Assembly: GCF_006345805.1 (NCBI RefSeq)
Contig: NC_043011.1
Coordinates: 3,906,001 to 3,970,000, forward strand
Length of the DNA: 64,000 nucleotides
DNA from: Octopus sinensis
Lineage: Eukaryota
Direction of reading: 5' to 3'
In this document: positions 25,231 through 38,560 of the stretch, piece by piece
How positions within the stretch are numbered: the first letter of the stretch is position 1
Layout: every line of letters begins with the position of its first letter
The notes under the pieces: model-generated
Told to the model about the DNA's origin: nothing
What the model saw: the letters and a program-made list of their open reading frames with translations, nothing else
Database searches by the model: none
Program-made: the position numbers and the translations under genes

Positions 25231-26309
25231 AATACATGAAAGATGATAAAAATGGAGTGACCTGATAAGAGGATGAACCTTATCTCTTTATAGAGATCTT
25301 AATGTAGCTGTGAAGTGTGGGGCTGATTCGAATCAATTACTTGTGACTGATTCTCTTTCAAATTTTTCCTCAAATTTTCAATATACCATTGTAATATAAA
25401 CTACATGTCTATCTCTGTTGCCATATGAGAACTGAAATTCATCCACTACCAGTATAACATAACTGACATTAATGTGTACATGTGTGTGTATTGGTGTTTA
25501 TATACTAACCTGCAAATAAAATATCTATAAATACAGGTGTGAAAATTTATGTGCATGTGTCTGTGTATAATCAGGTGTGGCTAAAGTCAAGTTTGGACAA
25601 TGATGTGCTAATGTCACCCAGTGAGGCAGAAGCATGATTTCACATCTATATATGATGGCTATATGTATATACAGTTGAGAGATGATAATGATGATGATGA
25701 TGATGATCATCATCATCATCATCATCACCATCATCATCATCTCTCAAAAGCTTGCCATTGCACTTTCCTACGGAATAATAGTAGTAGTTGTTGTTCAATG
25801 CCAGGTTAACCCTAACCCAATGAATATTTGCATCCAACAGACTAACGATTCCAATCATGGCCATCCCATCAGTTATTTGACATAGTATATTCAAAATTAT
25901 ATTACACGAAGTGTCTTGCCTCTTTTAAAGTCAAAACACTTTAAGAGAGATTGGGTTGCTATTTCTAGAAGGACAAGCTCCCTCATCTGACGATAAAATT
26001 ATTCGGTCCGATCCTCCTACGATCACCACCACTATAACAAAGAAAGGAAGAAAATGAAATCCAGGCAATCCTTCATCAGCACTTCATAAAGTTTGAATAA
26101 CTGAAGGAGACACTTTGTTATATTCAGTCAGTTATAAAAGGAGCACTTCACCATCCAAGATATGTATGTATGTATATAAATGTGTGTGTGTGTGTGCCTG
26201 GTGTGTAAATACATATATGGGTTAACAAGGCTACCAATGGTTTCATGTAAAAAGAAATCTCTTTACGAATTTCACTCCTGATAGTCATCTCCATTTTATA
26301 TATATTCTC

Positions 26310-26706
26310 TTTACTCTTTTTACTCTTTTACTTGTTTCAGTCATTTGACTGCGGCCATGCTGGAGCACCGCCTTTAATCGAGCAACTCGATCCCGGGACT
26401 TATTCTTTTGTAAGCCCAGTACTTGTTCTATCAGTCTCTTTTGCCGAACCGCTAAGTAATGGGGATATGAACACACCAGCATCGGTTGTCAAGGGGGAAA
26501 ACACAGACACACAAACACACATGCATATATATATACATATATACGACGGGCTTCTTTCAGTTTCCATCTACCAAATCCACTCACAAGGCTTTGGTCGGCC
26601 CGGGGCTATAGCAGAAGACACTTGCCCAAGGTGCCATGCAGTGGGACTGAACCCGGAACCATGTGTTTGGTAAGCAAGCTACTTACCACACAGCCACTCC
26701 TGCACC
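26310..26706 (-). mobile_element. SINE family A, full length
   Basis: Near-identical to 2186-2582. Confidence 0.9.
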
Positions 26707-27200
26707 TATATAATTTGTTTAGTTTACATTCATTTTCCCATTGAGACATTGTTTTACCCATACATACCCTTCTTGTTGCAAACCCTCATCTGTTTTTCAA
26801 GTAAAGCATCTCGTATTCCATACCTCATCAAAGGTACATAACAACCAGTGGATGATTTGTTAGCAAGGGAAATAACAACATTACTGCATGTGGCTCAGTG
26901 CTTTTTGGAGAACTACAAATACAAGCAAACACTCAGTCACATGCACATCACCACACAATCATTCATAGTTATCTCTATTATGTATGTGAGTTTGCATGCA
27001 CTTTTGGACCTTTTCAATTCCATAATTCTCATGACATTTCTTTAATTACATTGTTATTGAAGTATGTAGTGTTAATAGAGTACTAAAAATAGCAAAACAA
27101 TGAAAACTCATTTGGAAAAAAAAAAGATTAGTAAATAAAATAAAATGAAATAGAAAAACAAATTATGTAAATTAAGTAGAAAATTTATAAATTAATGCAT

Positions 27201-27256
<56 letters not shown>

Positions 27257-27257
27257 G

Positions 27258-27288
<31 letters not shown>

Positions 27289-27630
27289 CTTACATACAGG
27301 AGACCAAAAGTGTATGTACGCCGCTATATGTATATATTAAAAAAAAAGAACAAGAATGTAATAGGTGACAACAAAATATCCCGACAGTTAATGATATCAA
27401 AATGGACAGGAAAAACAAGGACGGTTCATTTGGAGCTTCCTATCTTCCGTTGAGTTCCAGATCATCATTGCAGTTTTAGCCAGTTACACTTGAGATTGCT
27501 CCAATTTAGCCAGCCCCAAGAAAATCTAATCTATCTACCTATTTATCTATTTATCAATATAAATGTGTGTGTGTATGTGTATGTATACGTATTTTTTCAA
27601 TATGTGTGTTTGTGTGTATACATATTTTGG

Positions 27631-27678
<48 letters not shown>

Positions 27679-28642
27679 AACCTTCAAAATAAACAATGAC
27701 TGAACTTGTACATCCAAATACTTAATATATAATTTGTTCAGGATGTAGGGAGAAGTGTATGGGACAATAGGAATTATGTTAAGACAAAGACAGCACTACA
27801 AAGAGAAAAAACAAATTGCTTCCCAAGATATAAACAAATATCACTCTGTGAATACATAGATACATGTGCTGAGAATTTTTCAACCAAACTATAAAATATT
27901 CCCTTTATCTCACTGCCGTGGAACAGTGAGATAAGCAACAGTGGATAAGTAAAGACACTCCATTCATCGAAAAGCATCAACCACACCTAAAAATGCATAA
28001 TCAATTTTGATTACAATTTCATTCAATCAATTAAGTCAATCCAGTTAACTTTATTTATATATAATTAATCTATATATAATTGATTCGTTTTACCATCACA
28101 AAATGAAAATTTACCTCTCCTGCTTCTAATAATAACAATCATTGATTACCTCCCAGAAAATTTATTTATTTACAAAATATCTGATCTCCTATCAACATCG
28201 AATAATGACTAATTAACATAGCATGAAATTATAACATAATTACAAATTATTTAATCATGCATAATGTATAAAAGTGAAACCAGTTGATTATTTAAACATT
28301 TTATTTCATGAATATTTTTTAGCATAAAAGTTTCAGTGCATTTTTTCTTCTTCCTATAATTTACCAAATGGAAATTTTCTTTAATGTTTCTGTATATAAG
28401 CATGCGTGCATATGTATTTCACACACTCTCTCTCTCACACACACACACACACACATACACACTATATCATTCAGCCACGGTAGAGGTTGAATATATTCTT
28501 AAGTCCACCATTTCGTTAATTGCAGCAGCTTCCAGGCTTCACCACTAATTCATTTCTTAACTAAATTGCAAACTGTTAATAATTTTAAAGAGAACATCTC
28601 CTTAGCTGCACTTTGGCATAAATAGTTTGAGATATGGTTCAG

Positions 28643-28841
28643 TAGAAAAAAAGTTACATCAAAATATCTGCGACCTCAAGGTGTGAGGGGCAGTGAGGCA
28701 GATATTCATCTTCAAGTAACTTAATTTTTTAAATTTCAAATTAAAAGTATACCTTTCTTAGGCTTAAATGATAGAAAAATGCATGAGGAATTCAGAATTG
28801 CTAGTCGCATTGAACAAAAATTAGTAGAAAAAGAGTTATGA
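28643..28841 (+). CDS. Candidate two-exon coding segment (28643-28680 joined to 28762-28841)
   Basis: 81-nt GT-AG intron with phases matching; RKKVTSKYLRPQ-G-LNDRKMHEEFRIASRIEQKLVEKEL*; no recognised homology. Confidence 0.25.
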
Positions 28842-30697
28842 GGTAAAATGTTACGAAATTTCATGTCAGTAAGTAAGGGAGTAACACTTAAGCAATAAGA
28901 ATAAAGAATATATTTCTAAAATAAATGTTTACTTTCTAAGGCAACGAGCTGGCAGAAATGTTAGTGTGCCAGGCAAAATGCTTATGGTATTTCATGTGTC
29001 TTTATGTTTTTGAGTTCAAATTTCGCTGAGGTTAACTTTGACATACCGATTATTTAATTAATTTTTTTTTAGCTAAACACTTTCAAATTTCCGATACTGA
29101 TAGAATGTGTCACATAGAACAGGGTTTACTCTTAACGTTTTTGACAAAATTTTGTATTTTAGAAGTTATTTTGTCAGAAGTTACAGAGTGACAATGGACA
29201 AATTTGTGTTTGATAAATGCCAATATACGAAACTCTCAGCTTTTGACTTACTCTCTAACTTCTACCCATTATATATATATATACATGTTACATCACAAAT
29301 CAAGCTAATGAAATCTCATCACACAATAAAACTAATGAAAGAACTTCTACCTGGTCGCTCGACATGCTAAAAATAGCAGCCAAAGTATCTCCCTACCTAA
29401 ATCACACGCCCATTGTATGTAATGTCTTATATTATCCCTAAAAAGACAGTTTGCTGAAGTCTGGAATGTCTTTGATGATAGGTTTGCAATATCAGGGTTG
29501 ATTTGAGGCTAAATAACAACATTATGGTCAATTTCTATATTAACAGCCACACAATTTTCACTAAGAAAAAAAATAATTTGATTTTTTGCGTGGAATCAAG
29601 TATCCTGACCTCCTAATATGCTGCAAATCCCTTACTTTGGTTTGGAAAAAAAATGAGGTGGTGGGGTTCCCTCACCAATCCCGGAATCATTGGAAATTTT
29701 TTTTGTTGTTGAATGAATTCCTGTGACCTTCTAATATTGCAAAATTAGGTTAGTTAAGGTGAGCCTGGTAACTATAGTTTTGAGGTCTTGTTGTTTGTAA
29801 CTTTTGGTGAACCATGGTGCAACCAACAACATGGTAAAAATCCCTGCCATTAATTTGGTGTGGATGGGTAATATCAAATAATTCAATCACAATAAAAATT
29901 TTAATTAAACACGAAAAAAAAATGAAATATTATCATCACTTACATGGAAAAATTGAAATATTATCTTTCAGTATTTTATAAGGTAAAATCTTAAATTATT
30001 GACACATTATTAATTATCTTATAACAGCAATGCCTGGAAAAATCATGGATTACATGAAAGCGAGCATGAAAAGTCATATTCTTAAGATTATAAACCTAGA
30101 AAAATACAGGACAAGTTATTACAACTGTAAAAGTATAGGACAAGCTATTCCTTCCAGTAAAGAATAAGAAACTTTTACTTAAAGTATTGCAGCTAAAATT
30201 TAAACTTGAATATTAAAACTTATTGCAAATAACACTATACTTATTTAAGTAGAATTAACACCTTTAAATACTACTTTAAATACAGAAAAATGTGACTAAT
30301 TAGACAAACTTACAAATTAGCTGAACAGTTTTGTACAATAAATTTAAAAGATGAGAACTGTTAAAAGTGATAAATTAGAACTGGCATTCATTACTGCAAT
30401 GTTTTAAGTAAAAAGTTTCTTATTCTTTACTTTACTAGAAGTAATAGCTTGTCCTATACTTTTACAAGTGTAGACTATAATCTCTATTATCAATGTCCAG
30501 CAACTGCTAATAGAATTTTCAGAAATCAGTTAATTCTGATCTAAATTTATATTTAAGAGTGAAATAGGTTTTGAATTGTATGTAAATGAATTTGTTCCAC
30601 TTAACAGATTTTCTTGTATTATTTATATAAAATAACATAATATTCCTTTTCCTTTGATAATAAGTTTCATATTGTAAAACAACTTTATATCTCAAAG

Positions 30698-30775
30698 GAT
30701 TCTTGAACAAATCCATATGTTGGATTACAAACTACTTGATAATTCTGATATCCTTGATATTCCTTCTATTGATTT
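30698..30775 (+). CDS. Candidate internal exon
   Basis: tatctcaaag|G ATT...GAT TT|gtttgt; ILEQIHMLDYKLLDNSDILDIPSID; weak donor. Confidence 0.2.
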
Positions 30776-30876
30776 GTTTGTTGTTAATCTCCTGATTTTG
30801 ATAGTGTGTGTACATTTGTGCGTTATTGAATGCATACACACTCCATTTGTTGTGTGTGTGTGTGTGTGCATGTGTG

Positions 30877-30925
<49 letters not shown>

Positions 30926-31036
30926 ATGTAGTATATTGTGTTTCATACTTGATGCAGACATATTGCAGAATGTCTGGAAATTATGGTATTCCTCTATAGA
31001 AAGCATCTCATAAGATGTATTGTGTTATATATATAC

Positions 31037-31077
<41 letters not shown>

Positions 31078-31097
31078 TATATATATACGTATATATA

Positions 31098-31146
<49 letters not shown>

Positions 31147-31174
31147 ATATGCTTACAGAATATAAAGAAAGTCA

Positions 31175-31218
<44 letters not shown>

Positions 31219-31339
31219 TTAATAAGGGTGAGAGAATTAGATACTAATTTAATAGTATATCTATTCAACACCAAGTGGCCTAGTGCTCCGAGAAACCTGG
31301 ATTATTATAATATTTTATAATATATTATAATATTTTTAC

Positions 31340-31542
31340 AAAATAAATATAAGAGAGTGGTCACTATATGGCTCACTCTAGCACCAGTTAATCCAAAAGA
31401 TTTCAACCACAAAAATACATGTTTCCCATGAAATGAGCTAACAATCGTACTGACTTTCATGGGAAACATGTATTTTTGTGGTTGAAACCTTTTGGATTAA
31501 CTGGTGCTAGAGTGAGCCATATAGTGACCACTCTCTTATATT

Positions 31543-31548
<6 letters not shown>
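31340..31548. repeat. Near-perfect 94-bp inverted repeat with 21-nt spacer, abutting (TA)n
   Basis: Arms 31340-31433 and 31455-31548 differ by one base. Confidence 0.95.
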
Positions 31549-31608
<60 letters not shown>

Positions 31609-31999
31609 TAGGTAAAAATTTAATGCCCAATGTACGAATTACATAATCCAGTGGTAATCACAAAAAATGCTCCTTTAGTGGACAAGGCTACAAACACACA
31701 ATAAACCAATGTGTACAAGGAGTGTAATGTAGAGCCCTATGCAGTTGAAATTCAGTAAATCCAATCACTGAAGATTATATCATGAGAAGTTTATAGAATA
31801 TAAAATATAAAGAAAGCAAGGAGTTATGATATGACTACATTTATTTCACCAGTTGATATCCATAGGATGATGGCCATTTCACAACCAACATCATGCAAAA
31901 ATAATCCATTTTAGTGCATAATAAATTATTTTACATGTCTGCACTGTTGTGTATGCTATAAAATTATAGCATTGAACAGGGCCTTTGGCTTAATTCAAA

Positions 32000-32308
32000 T
32001 GACTGTGTAATCTTATGGATTACTATGTGCTTGATGAGGTTGAGACAAACACCAACCATTCTGCCTGCTTTACCAAGGCTGCGGTGGTGGCTAAGATCAA
32101 GGGGGTATTTAAAGATCTTTCCAGGGGCACAGTGAGGAATGCATGTGTCAGGTTCCAGAGACATCTTGAGGTTGTGGTGGAAGCTGAGGGTGACTACTTT
32201 GGAGTAGTGTTATCTCCCAGCCATAATATAGATATTTTTTATATTTTTTTAGAATACTTTTACTTTTGGATGGGATATTATGTTTTCTTTGACTTTTATG
32301 CATTCCTG
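32000..32308 (+). mobile_element. 3' fragment of a DD37D-like Tc1/mariner element
   Basis: MDYYVLDEVETNTNHSAC...RNACVRFQRHLEVVVEAEGDYF; ends ...cctg|TA. Confidence 0.75.
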
Positions 32309-32309
32309 T

Positions 32310-32355
<46 letters not shown>

Positions 32356-32398
32356 GTATAAATATATATGTATAAATATATATGTATGTATATATATA

Positions 32399-32800
32399 GG
32401 CACAGGCGTGGTTGTGTGGTAAGAAACTTGCTTCCCAACCACATGGTTCCAGGTTCAGTCCCAATGCATGACACTTTGGGCAAGTATCTTTTACTATAGC
32501 CTTGGGCTGACCAAAGCCTCACAAGTGGATTTGGTAGATGGAAACTCAAAGAATCCCATTGAGCATGTGCGTGTGCATATATATATAATATATATATGGG
32601 AAGGAAGATCTTTGTGTCTGTGTTTGTCCCCTATCACTGCTTGACAACCAGTGTTGGTGTGTTCATATCACCATAAATTAATGTTTCAGCAAAATAGACA
32701 AATAGAATAAGTACTAGGCTTAAAAAATAAGTTCTTGGATCGATTTGTTTTACTAAAAAAAACCTTCACAGTTGTGGCCCAGCATGCCACAGGGGAAATG
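32399..32800 (+). mobile_element. SINE family A
   Basis: ggcgtggttgtgtggtaag...ggttcagtccc head, body and tail. Confidence 0.85.
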
Positions 32801-32937
32801 ACTGAAACAAGTCCAAAATGACTGGAACTTGTTACCAGTTTAAATATGCTTGAAGCATATTTGAACCTGTAAGGAAGCCATTCACTGTATCTTTGTCATG
32901 GAGAAAATTTCTCACTGTAGACAAATAAGTATAAACG

Positions 32938-33220
32938 CATCATCATCATCATCATTGTTTGACCGTGGTCGAGACAGTGGAATTTACTATGCTACGCCAG
33001 ACTTCATGGTCCATCATAGCATTACAGAGGTCCTGTTGCTGGATGCCTGTATCCCTGGAGATTACATCAGGGTTGGAGAATGTGCGCCCTTCTGGTATTG
33101 CGAGTAGATGGCTTCCAGAGGAGAAGAGTAGAAATTGCCTCGTTTTTAGCTCTACAACAATGTCCAGCAAACTGGACTCTCCTACCTTTCACATCAAGTT
33201 AGCTGATAGCGCCTCCTAAC
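32938..33220 (-). mobile_element. RTE-like LINE 3' end
   Basis: FSNPDVISRDTGIQQQDLCNAMMDHEVWRSIVNSTVSTTVKQ* followed by a (GAT)n tail. Confidence 0.8.
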
Positions 33221-34428
33221 CAAATTGATGAATGCATGTATTTTGCAGTGGTTATCTCCTCTTCAACAGCAAATACCAAGAAGAGAAACACTATGAACTG
33301 ACAAGAGAGATAGGTCTCTCTTGCCATTGGTTACACTAATCATGGCTCACTGTAAATAGAATACAGAATAGATGTACTAAGCAGTGATGTGTATAAATAC
33401 AAGGTTTATTACCAGTTCAATTATGCTTGAAGCATATTTGAACCAGTAAGAAAGCCATTACTATATTTATTCATTGAGAAAATTTCCCGCTGTAGACAGA
33501 GTCAGTTCAAGGCACCCCATAATCAGACTGCATGCATTTCGGAGTTATTATCTCTGCATACTAAGAACAGACTTGAACTGTGTCACAAGTTTGTCTCGTC
33601 AATGTTGCCTTCAACAACAATAGCAATATAATTAATCAAAAGTTGATATCTCATAAACGTTCAATCACCCTGAACAACTTAACTGCAGTTATAGCTCATC
33701 TCCTTAAAAAATCTTGTTTTCTATCTCCGGTTTTTTTCTCTTCCTTTTTATTTCCCTACCCTTCTGCCTTTCTCTCTTGGTCTCCCTATATTTCACTTAT
33801 CTCTTTCTCTTCCTTTTCTCTTATATTTTTTTAGAATGAAAACATGCATTATAGGAACAATAACATCATTAGTAATAGGTTTCCAATGCGGCAATCGTAA
33901 AAGGTTCCCCGTGTTCTCAATGTTGAGAGTAACAAAGATGTCCCTGTGTAGCTTGAGTAGAATAAATACAAGTAATTTCTGTTTAATGCTCTGGTTTATC
34001 AGCAACTTTTTTGTTTCACTGATATATACATAAATACAGAACCAACTCCCACACAGTTTGCATCAACCGAATTTTTTCTCAGAAAAGCAAGATGAAGTCA
34101 ATTCTGTGTCATTTTCACAAAATACTCCATGCACAGTTGTATTGTACCTGGAACTACATAATCACAAAGTGAATTTCTTAACCACACAGTCACATCTCTG
34201 TTTTCTTACCTTTTTTTCTTTTCTCCTTATCTTTCTTGCTTGTTTTTCTCCCATGATATAAGTGTAACAGAAAATAATGATATGGATTATGGCAGTAATA
34301 GTGAATACGAACAATGATAATAACAACCATAAAAACAACAATGAGGATAATAATCAAGTAATATTTATTACTTCGTTCAATTTTGTTAAATATACTATGA
34401 TGTGTGTGTGTGTGTGTGTGTGTGTGTG

Positions 34429-34463
<35 letters not shown>

Positions 34464-35349
34464 TATGTATGTGTGTTTGTGTTTCATTTTCTTTTGTAAA
34501 AATGTTTTTCAAGCATTGATTATCAGGAAAAGATCTGATAATGTACTTGACTCCTTATGAATGTAATTTATTAACAGGAATCTACTACAATATTGAGATA
34601 GAAGGAACACTGAGTATTTTATCTTGATTAAAATCTTAATCTTGGATTAATCATTTCAAACTGTTAAGTTCAAAACTAGTATTTTTTAAAGTTGAGATAA
34701 ATACTAAATAAATTATTTGGGCTTTTTTTTAGTGTTTTTGTTATAAAATAGTATTTATCATCTTTCAGTGTTTATAGAAAAATATACAAGAAAATTATGT
34801 TTTAGCTGTTGAAGAATTCATAATCCAACTAATTTTCTAGGAAAAAATTACAATAAAGATATTGTAATTATATTATTAAGATATCACATATAATAAAATT
34901 TACTAGATGTTATACTTAGGTAATTTTTTTTTCTTTTTCTACAACATTCATCTTTACCATTTTCTCTTATCTGAAGCCAAACAATATCATAAAATTCTAT
35001 GACATTGTATACACAGTATACTTTATCTTGTAATCTTGTTCATTTAACTCTTTAACGAGTATCTGTATGTTTAGTCAAATGCTAAATGTTATGTTCTATT
35101 GGTTTATTTATGATTTGAGCAGAGGAAGATGGCAAGCTGCCAGAATCATTAAAGTATCAAGGAACTACCTTTGCAGTATTTCTTTCAGGTCAACTTTGCC
35201 TTTCAACCCTCTGGGGTCAATTAAGATAAATTAGCAGTCAAGTACTGAAGTCAATATAATTGACTAACTCCTCCCTTTCAAAATTGCTGGTCTTGTGTCT
35301 AAATTAGAAACAGTTATTTAGTCAGAGGAAGAGATAGTACTCAGGTGTC

Positions 35350-35580
35350 TGGAAACAATCTTACCCTGCCCCAGACTGTAGACTGATATCTGATGGAAAA
35401 TGGAGAGAGAAAGGTCAATTTCCAAATAGTTGTGCAGTTCTGTGGAGAAAGGTTTGAGAAAAGTGTTTAGTGCAGCATTTGGAGGAGAGGAAAATAGTTG
35501 GAATTGTAAAAGGAGAAGGGAATAGTTGTGCAGGGCTGGCTCTCAGGTTGTTGATGTCCCTGGCAAACTGAATTTTAGTG
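35350..35580 (-). mobile_element. Decayed L2/CR1-type LINE 3' fragment
   Basis: Minus-strand remnant PFTIPT...KCCTKHFSQTFLHRTAQL...FPSDISLQS. Confidence 0.5.
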
Positions 35581-35999
35581 TCCTTACAAGTGTAATGCTT
35601 TTTGTTAATTTCATAAAGAGAAAAATCATAAATGTAGAAATAAAGTACTTATTACACTATACAGGGTAAAGAAAACACTTCAAACAGGTCAAACACAGCA
35701 TCTAAGTTGTGAAGCTTGTCATTAATGTAAAAAAGAATAGGGAGTGAGAGAGGGGACATATCTACATTACTGGTAGTGATTTCAATATATTTTTCCTACA
35801 AACATCTCATAGATGACAGATAGGTGAGAGAAAGTCCAAGAGTACTGGTGAATCCCTGTATATGTAACAAATATTCTCATATTATTGAACATGACTGAAA
35901 GAAGAAATGTTGAAAAACATACATTATCATAATTAAAATATTTTCTTTAATTTTAGACATTTAAACATTTTGAAAGCACTTTCTATTTTTTTTTCTATC

Positions 36000-36390
36000 T
36001 TTCACTTGTTTCAGTCATACAACTACGACCATGCTGGGGCACTGCCTTGGAGGGTTTTGGTTGAACAAATCATCCTCAGTAGTTATTTTTTGAAGTCTGG
36101 CACTTATCCTATCAGTTTCATTTGCTGAATAACTAAATTGCAGGAGAATAAACAAACCAGCACCAGTTATCAAGCAGTGGTAGGGTACAAACACCATCAC
36201 AAAGACATACACAGACACAGACACATATACAGCAGGCTTCCACTCAGTTTTCATTTACTACGGTCACTCGCAAGGTATTGGTTGGCCTGGGACTATAGGA
36301 GAAGACACTTGACCAAGGTGTCACACAATGGGACTGAACCTGATACCACATGGTGGCAAAATGAGTTTATTAACCACACAGCCATGCGTG
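36000..36390 (-). mobile_element. SINE family A, diverged
   Basis: Family body and head motifs present. Confidence 0.8.
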
Positions 36391-36654
36391 TCTGCCTCTT
36401 CTTTTATCCTCTTATTTTCTATAGACAAAATCACCAAATAGTTTAATCTGTTTTATTACATTGACAACTACAAACATGTCTGTATAAGCTTTAGCTTACT
36501 AATGCTTCTCTTTGCCATCTTTGAGAAACTGCCCAGAAAGGATTTTATTTAATCGCAATGATCCCTGCCCTTGTTGTGCTTATTTTATTGATCTGCATTT
36601 ACAGAATGGCTAAATTATTCTTTTGCAAATGCTGAAAACTGTCTTTTGCCTTTT

Positions 36655-37025
36655 ATCTCTTACTTTTTACTTGTTTCAGTCATTCGACTGTGACCATCTT
36701 GAAGAATTTCAGTCAAACAAATCAACCCTAGTATTTTCCTTTTTGAACCTGGTACTTATTCTATCTGTCTTTTTTGCCAACCTGCCAAATTATGGGGATG
36801 TAAACATACTAACACCAGTCATCAAGTAATGATGAGGGACAAACACACATACATTCAAACATTTACACACATACGACAGGCTTCTTTCAGTTTCTGCTTA
36901 CCAAATACACCCACAAGGCTTTGGTCAGCCTGAGAATATAGCAGAAGCCATTGCCCAAAGTGCCCCACGGTGGGACTGAACCCAGAACCATGTGATTGAG
37001 AAGCAAGCTTTTTACCACACAGCCA
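36655..37025 (-). mobile_element. SINE family A, diverged
   Basis: Family body and head motifs present. Confidence 0.8.
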
Positions 37026-37542
37026 TGTATATATGAGTAAGAAGTAATGGACATAGTTGTCAGTGTTTGGCCCGAAGGATGGTGGATGTGATATAGGTGA
37101 TGAAAGCAGAGATGACAGAGTAGAGAATACCTAAGGGAAGTGGCAAAAGACTCTGAAGAGCAGAGGACTCTGTAGTGTTGGTTTAAAAAGACGAGAGGGA
37201 GGAGACAGGTGTTTGTTGGTGATTTCATGCTAGAAAGTTACTGAGCAACCTTTCTTTGGATGAGATTTAGAAAGTCAGCAAATACAGCTGCATTACCATC
37301 TCAAATGTGATAGCAGTTCTCTATTGTGGCTCTCACCTGAGCTTTATAGTTGATTAGTAGTTGTTATATACTAGTGTATGATGTCATCATCATCATCATC
37401 ATCATTTTCTCCTCTTTAGGCAGGGAGTTAACTTGGGGCATCCCCTTGATTTACTTTTACTCATTAAGTGTGGACAATATACTTTCACAAATAACATTTC
37501 TGTAGCTGAATGTTTAGTTTCTTGAGATCTTTTTTTTCATTC

Positions 37543-38225
37543 TTTAGCATTCAGATGACACTGTCAAATGTATACCTTTTGGCATAATGGAAGGTATCCA
37601 GTCACAGAAACCATGCTAAAAAAGACATGGAGCCTGAACAGCCCTTCAATTGGTTAGCATAGAAAATGGACGTTAAATGATGATGATTTTGATGATGATG
37701 GTTTAAATTAATGAACATTATCTTATAACTTTCAGATTTCAATGATAGGATTTCTATTTTTAGAATGACATTGTAGGGTAGGAGTGAAAAACCAGATCTC
37801 AGCTGGTTTGAACATAAAACAGGTAGAAAATTTGGATCAGATGTGGTCTGTTTAAATCAAAGGTTCTCAATTGGGGTCCATATGGCTCCTGAGGGTCCAT
37901 ATAAGATTTTGGGGGTCTACACAACAAAATAGTAAATTGTGAATCCACATTACTTTTTTTGAGGGCTCCTGAAAAAATTTTGCTTTAGATGTATGTTTTG
38001 AGATATACTGCAAGAAACAGCAAGGTTTCTGTATTTAAATTTAAATAGTTCAGCCTACACAAATTAATGTGTGAAAAGCAAAATAGGAATTTTGAAAAAG
38101 TATCTATAAAATTAGTTTTTAAACATTGAATGGTTATGGGGTCTGCCAGAATAAAATGGCAAACAAAGGGATCCATAGATAAAAAAAATGGTTTAGAACC
38201 CCTGGTTTAAATGCTGAAGGGTTGA
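37543..38225 (+). mobile_element. piggyBac-like MITE interrupted by a SINE fragment and a hAT MITE
   Basis: ctttagcattcagat...aaatgctgaagggttga; same family as 52741-53384. Confidence 0.6.
37858..38204 (+). mobile_element. hAT-type MITE
   Basis: Perfect 8-bp TSD gtttaaat (37850-37857 and 38205-38212); degenerate TIR ca.gg.ttct. Confidence 0.8.
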
Positions 38226-38394
38226 TCATTTTCAACCAAGTATTTCATCATTGTTTTGTGTACTTTCCCTTCTGCTGGGGTGGAATGGGGAAGACATATA
38301 AAAGGTTAGTTTAGCAACCACCATTTCTGACAGGTAAAGTAAGTGTCACTCTCTCTCTCTTTCGGAGAGGCACAAGCACCTACATGCACATATA

Positions 38395-38560
38395 CACACA
38401 CGGCAGTAACTTCCGCCTGCCGAATTCAATCACAAAGCTTCGGTCGGCTTGGGGCTATAGTGAAAGACACCTACCCGAAGTGCCACGCAGTGGGACTGAA
38501 CCCGAAACCATGTAGCTAGGAAGCAAGCTCCCTAACCACACAGCCATGCCCGTGCCTACT
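38395..38560 (-). mobile_element. SINE family A, head half
   Basis: ggggctatagtgaaagacac...gtgggactgaacccgaaacc...cacagccatgcc. Confidence 0.8.

Noticed and set aside
27421-27480. TGATGA...agctccAAATGA on minus, as a hammerhead
   Set aside because: It lacks C3 and an intact GAAA, and the stems are unconvincing.
27905-27934. 11-bp hairpin containing CAGTGA, as an iron-responsive element
   Set aside because: CAGTGA lies in the stem rather than the apical loop, and there is no bulged C.
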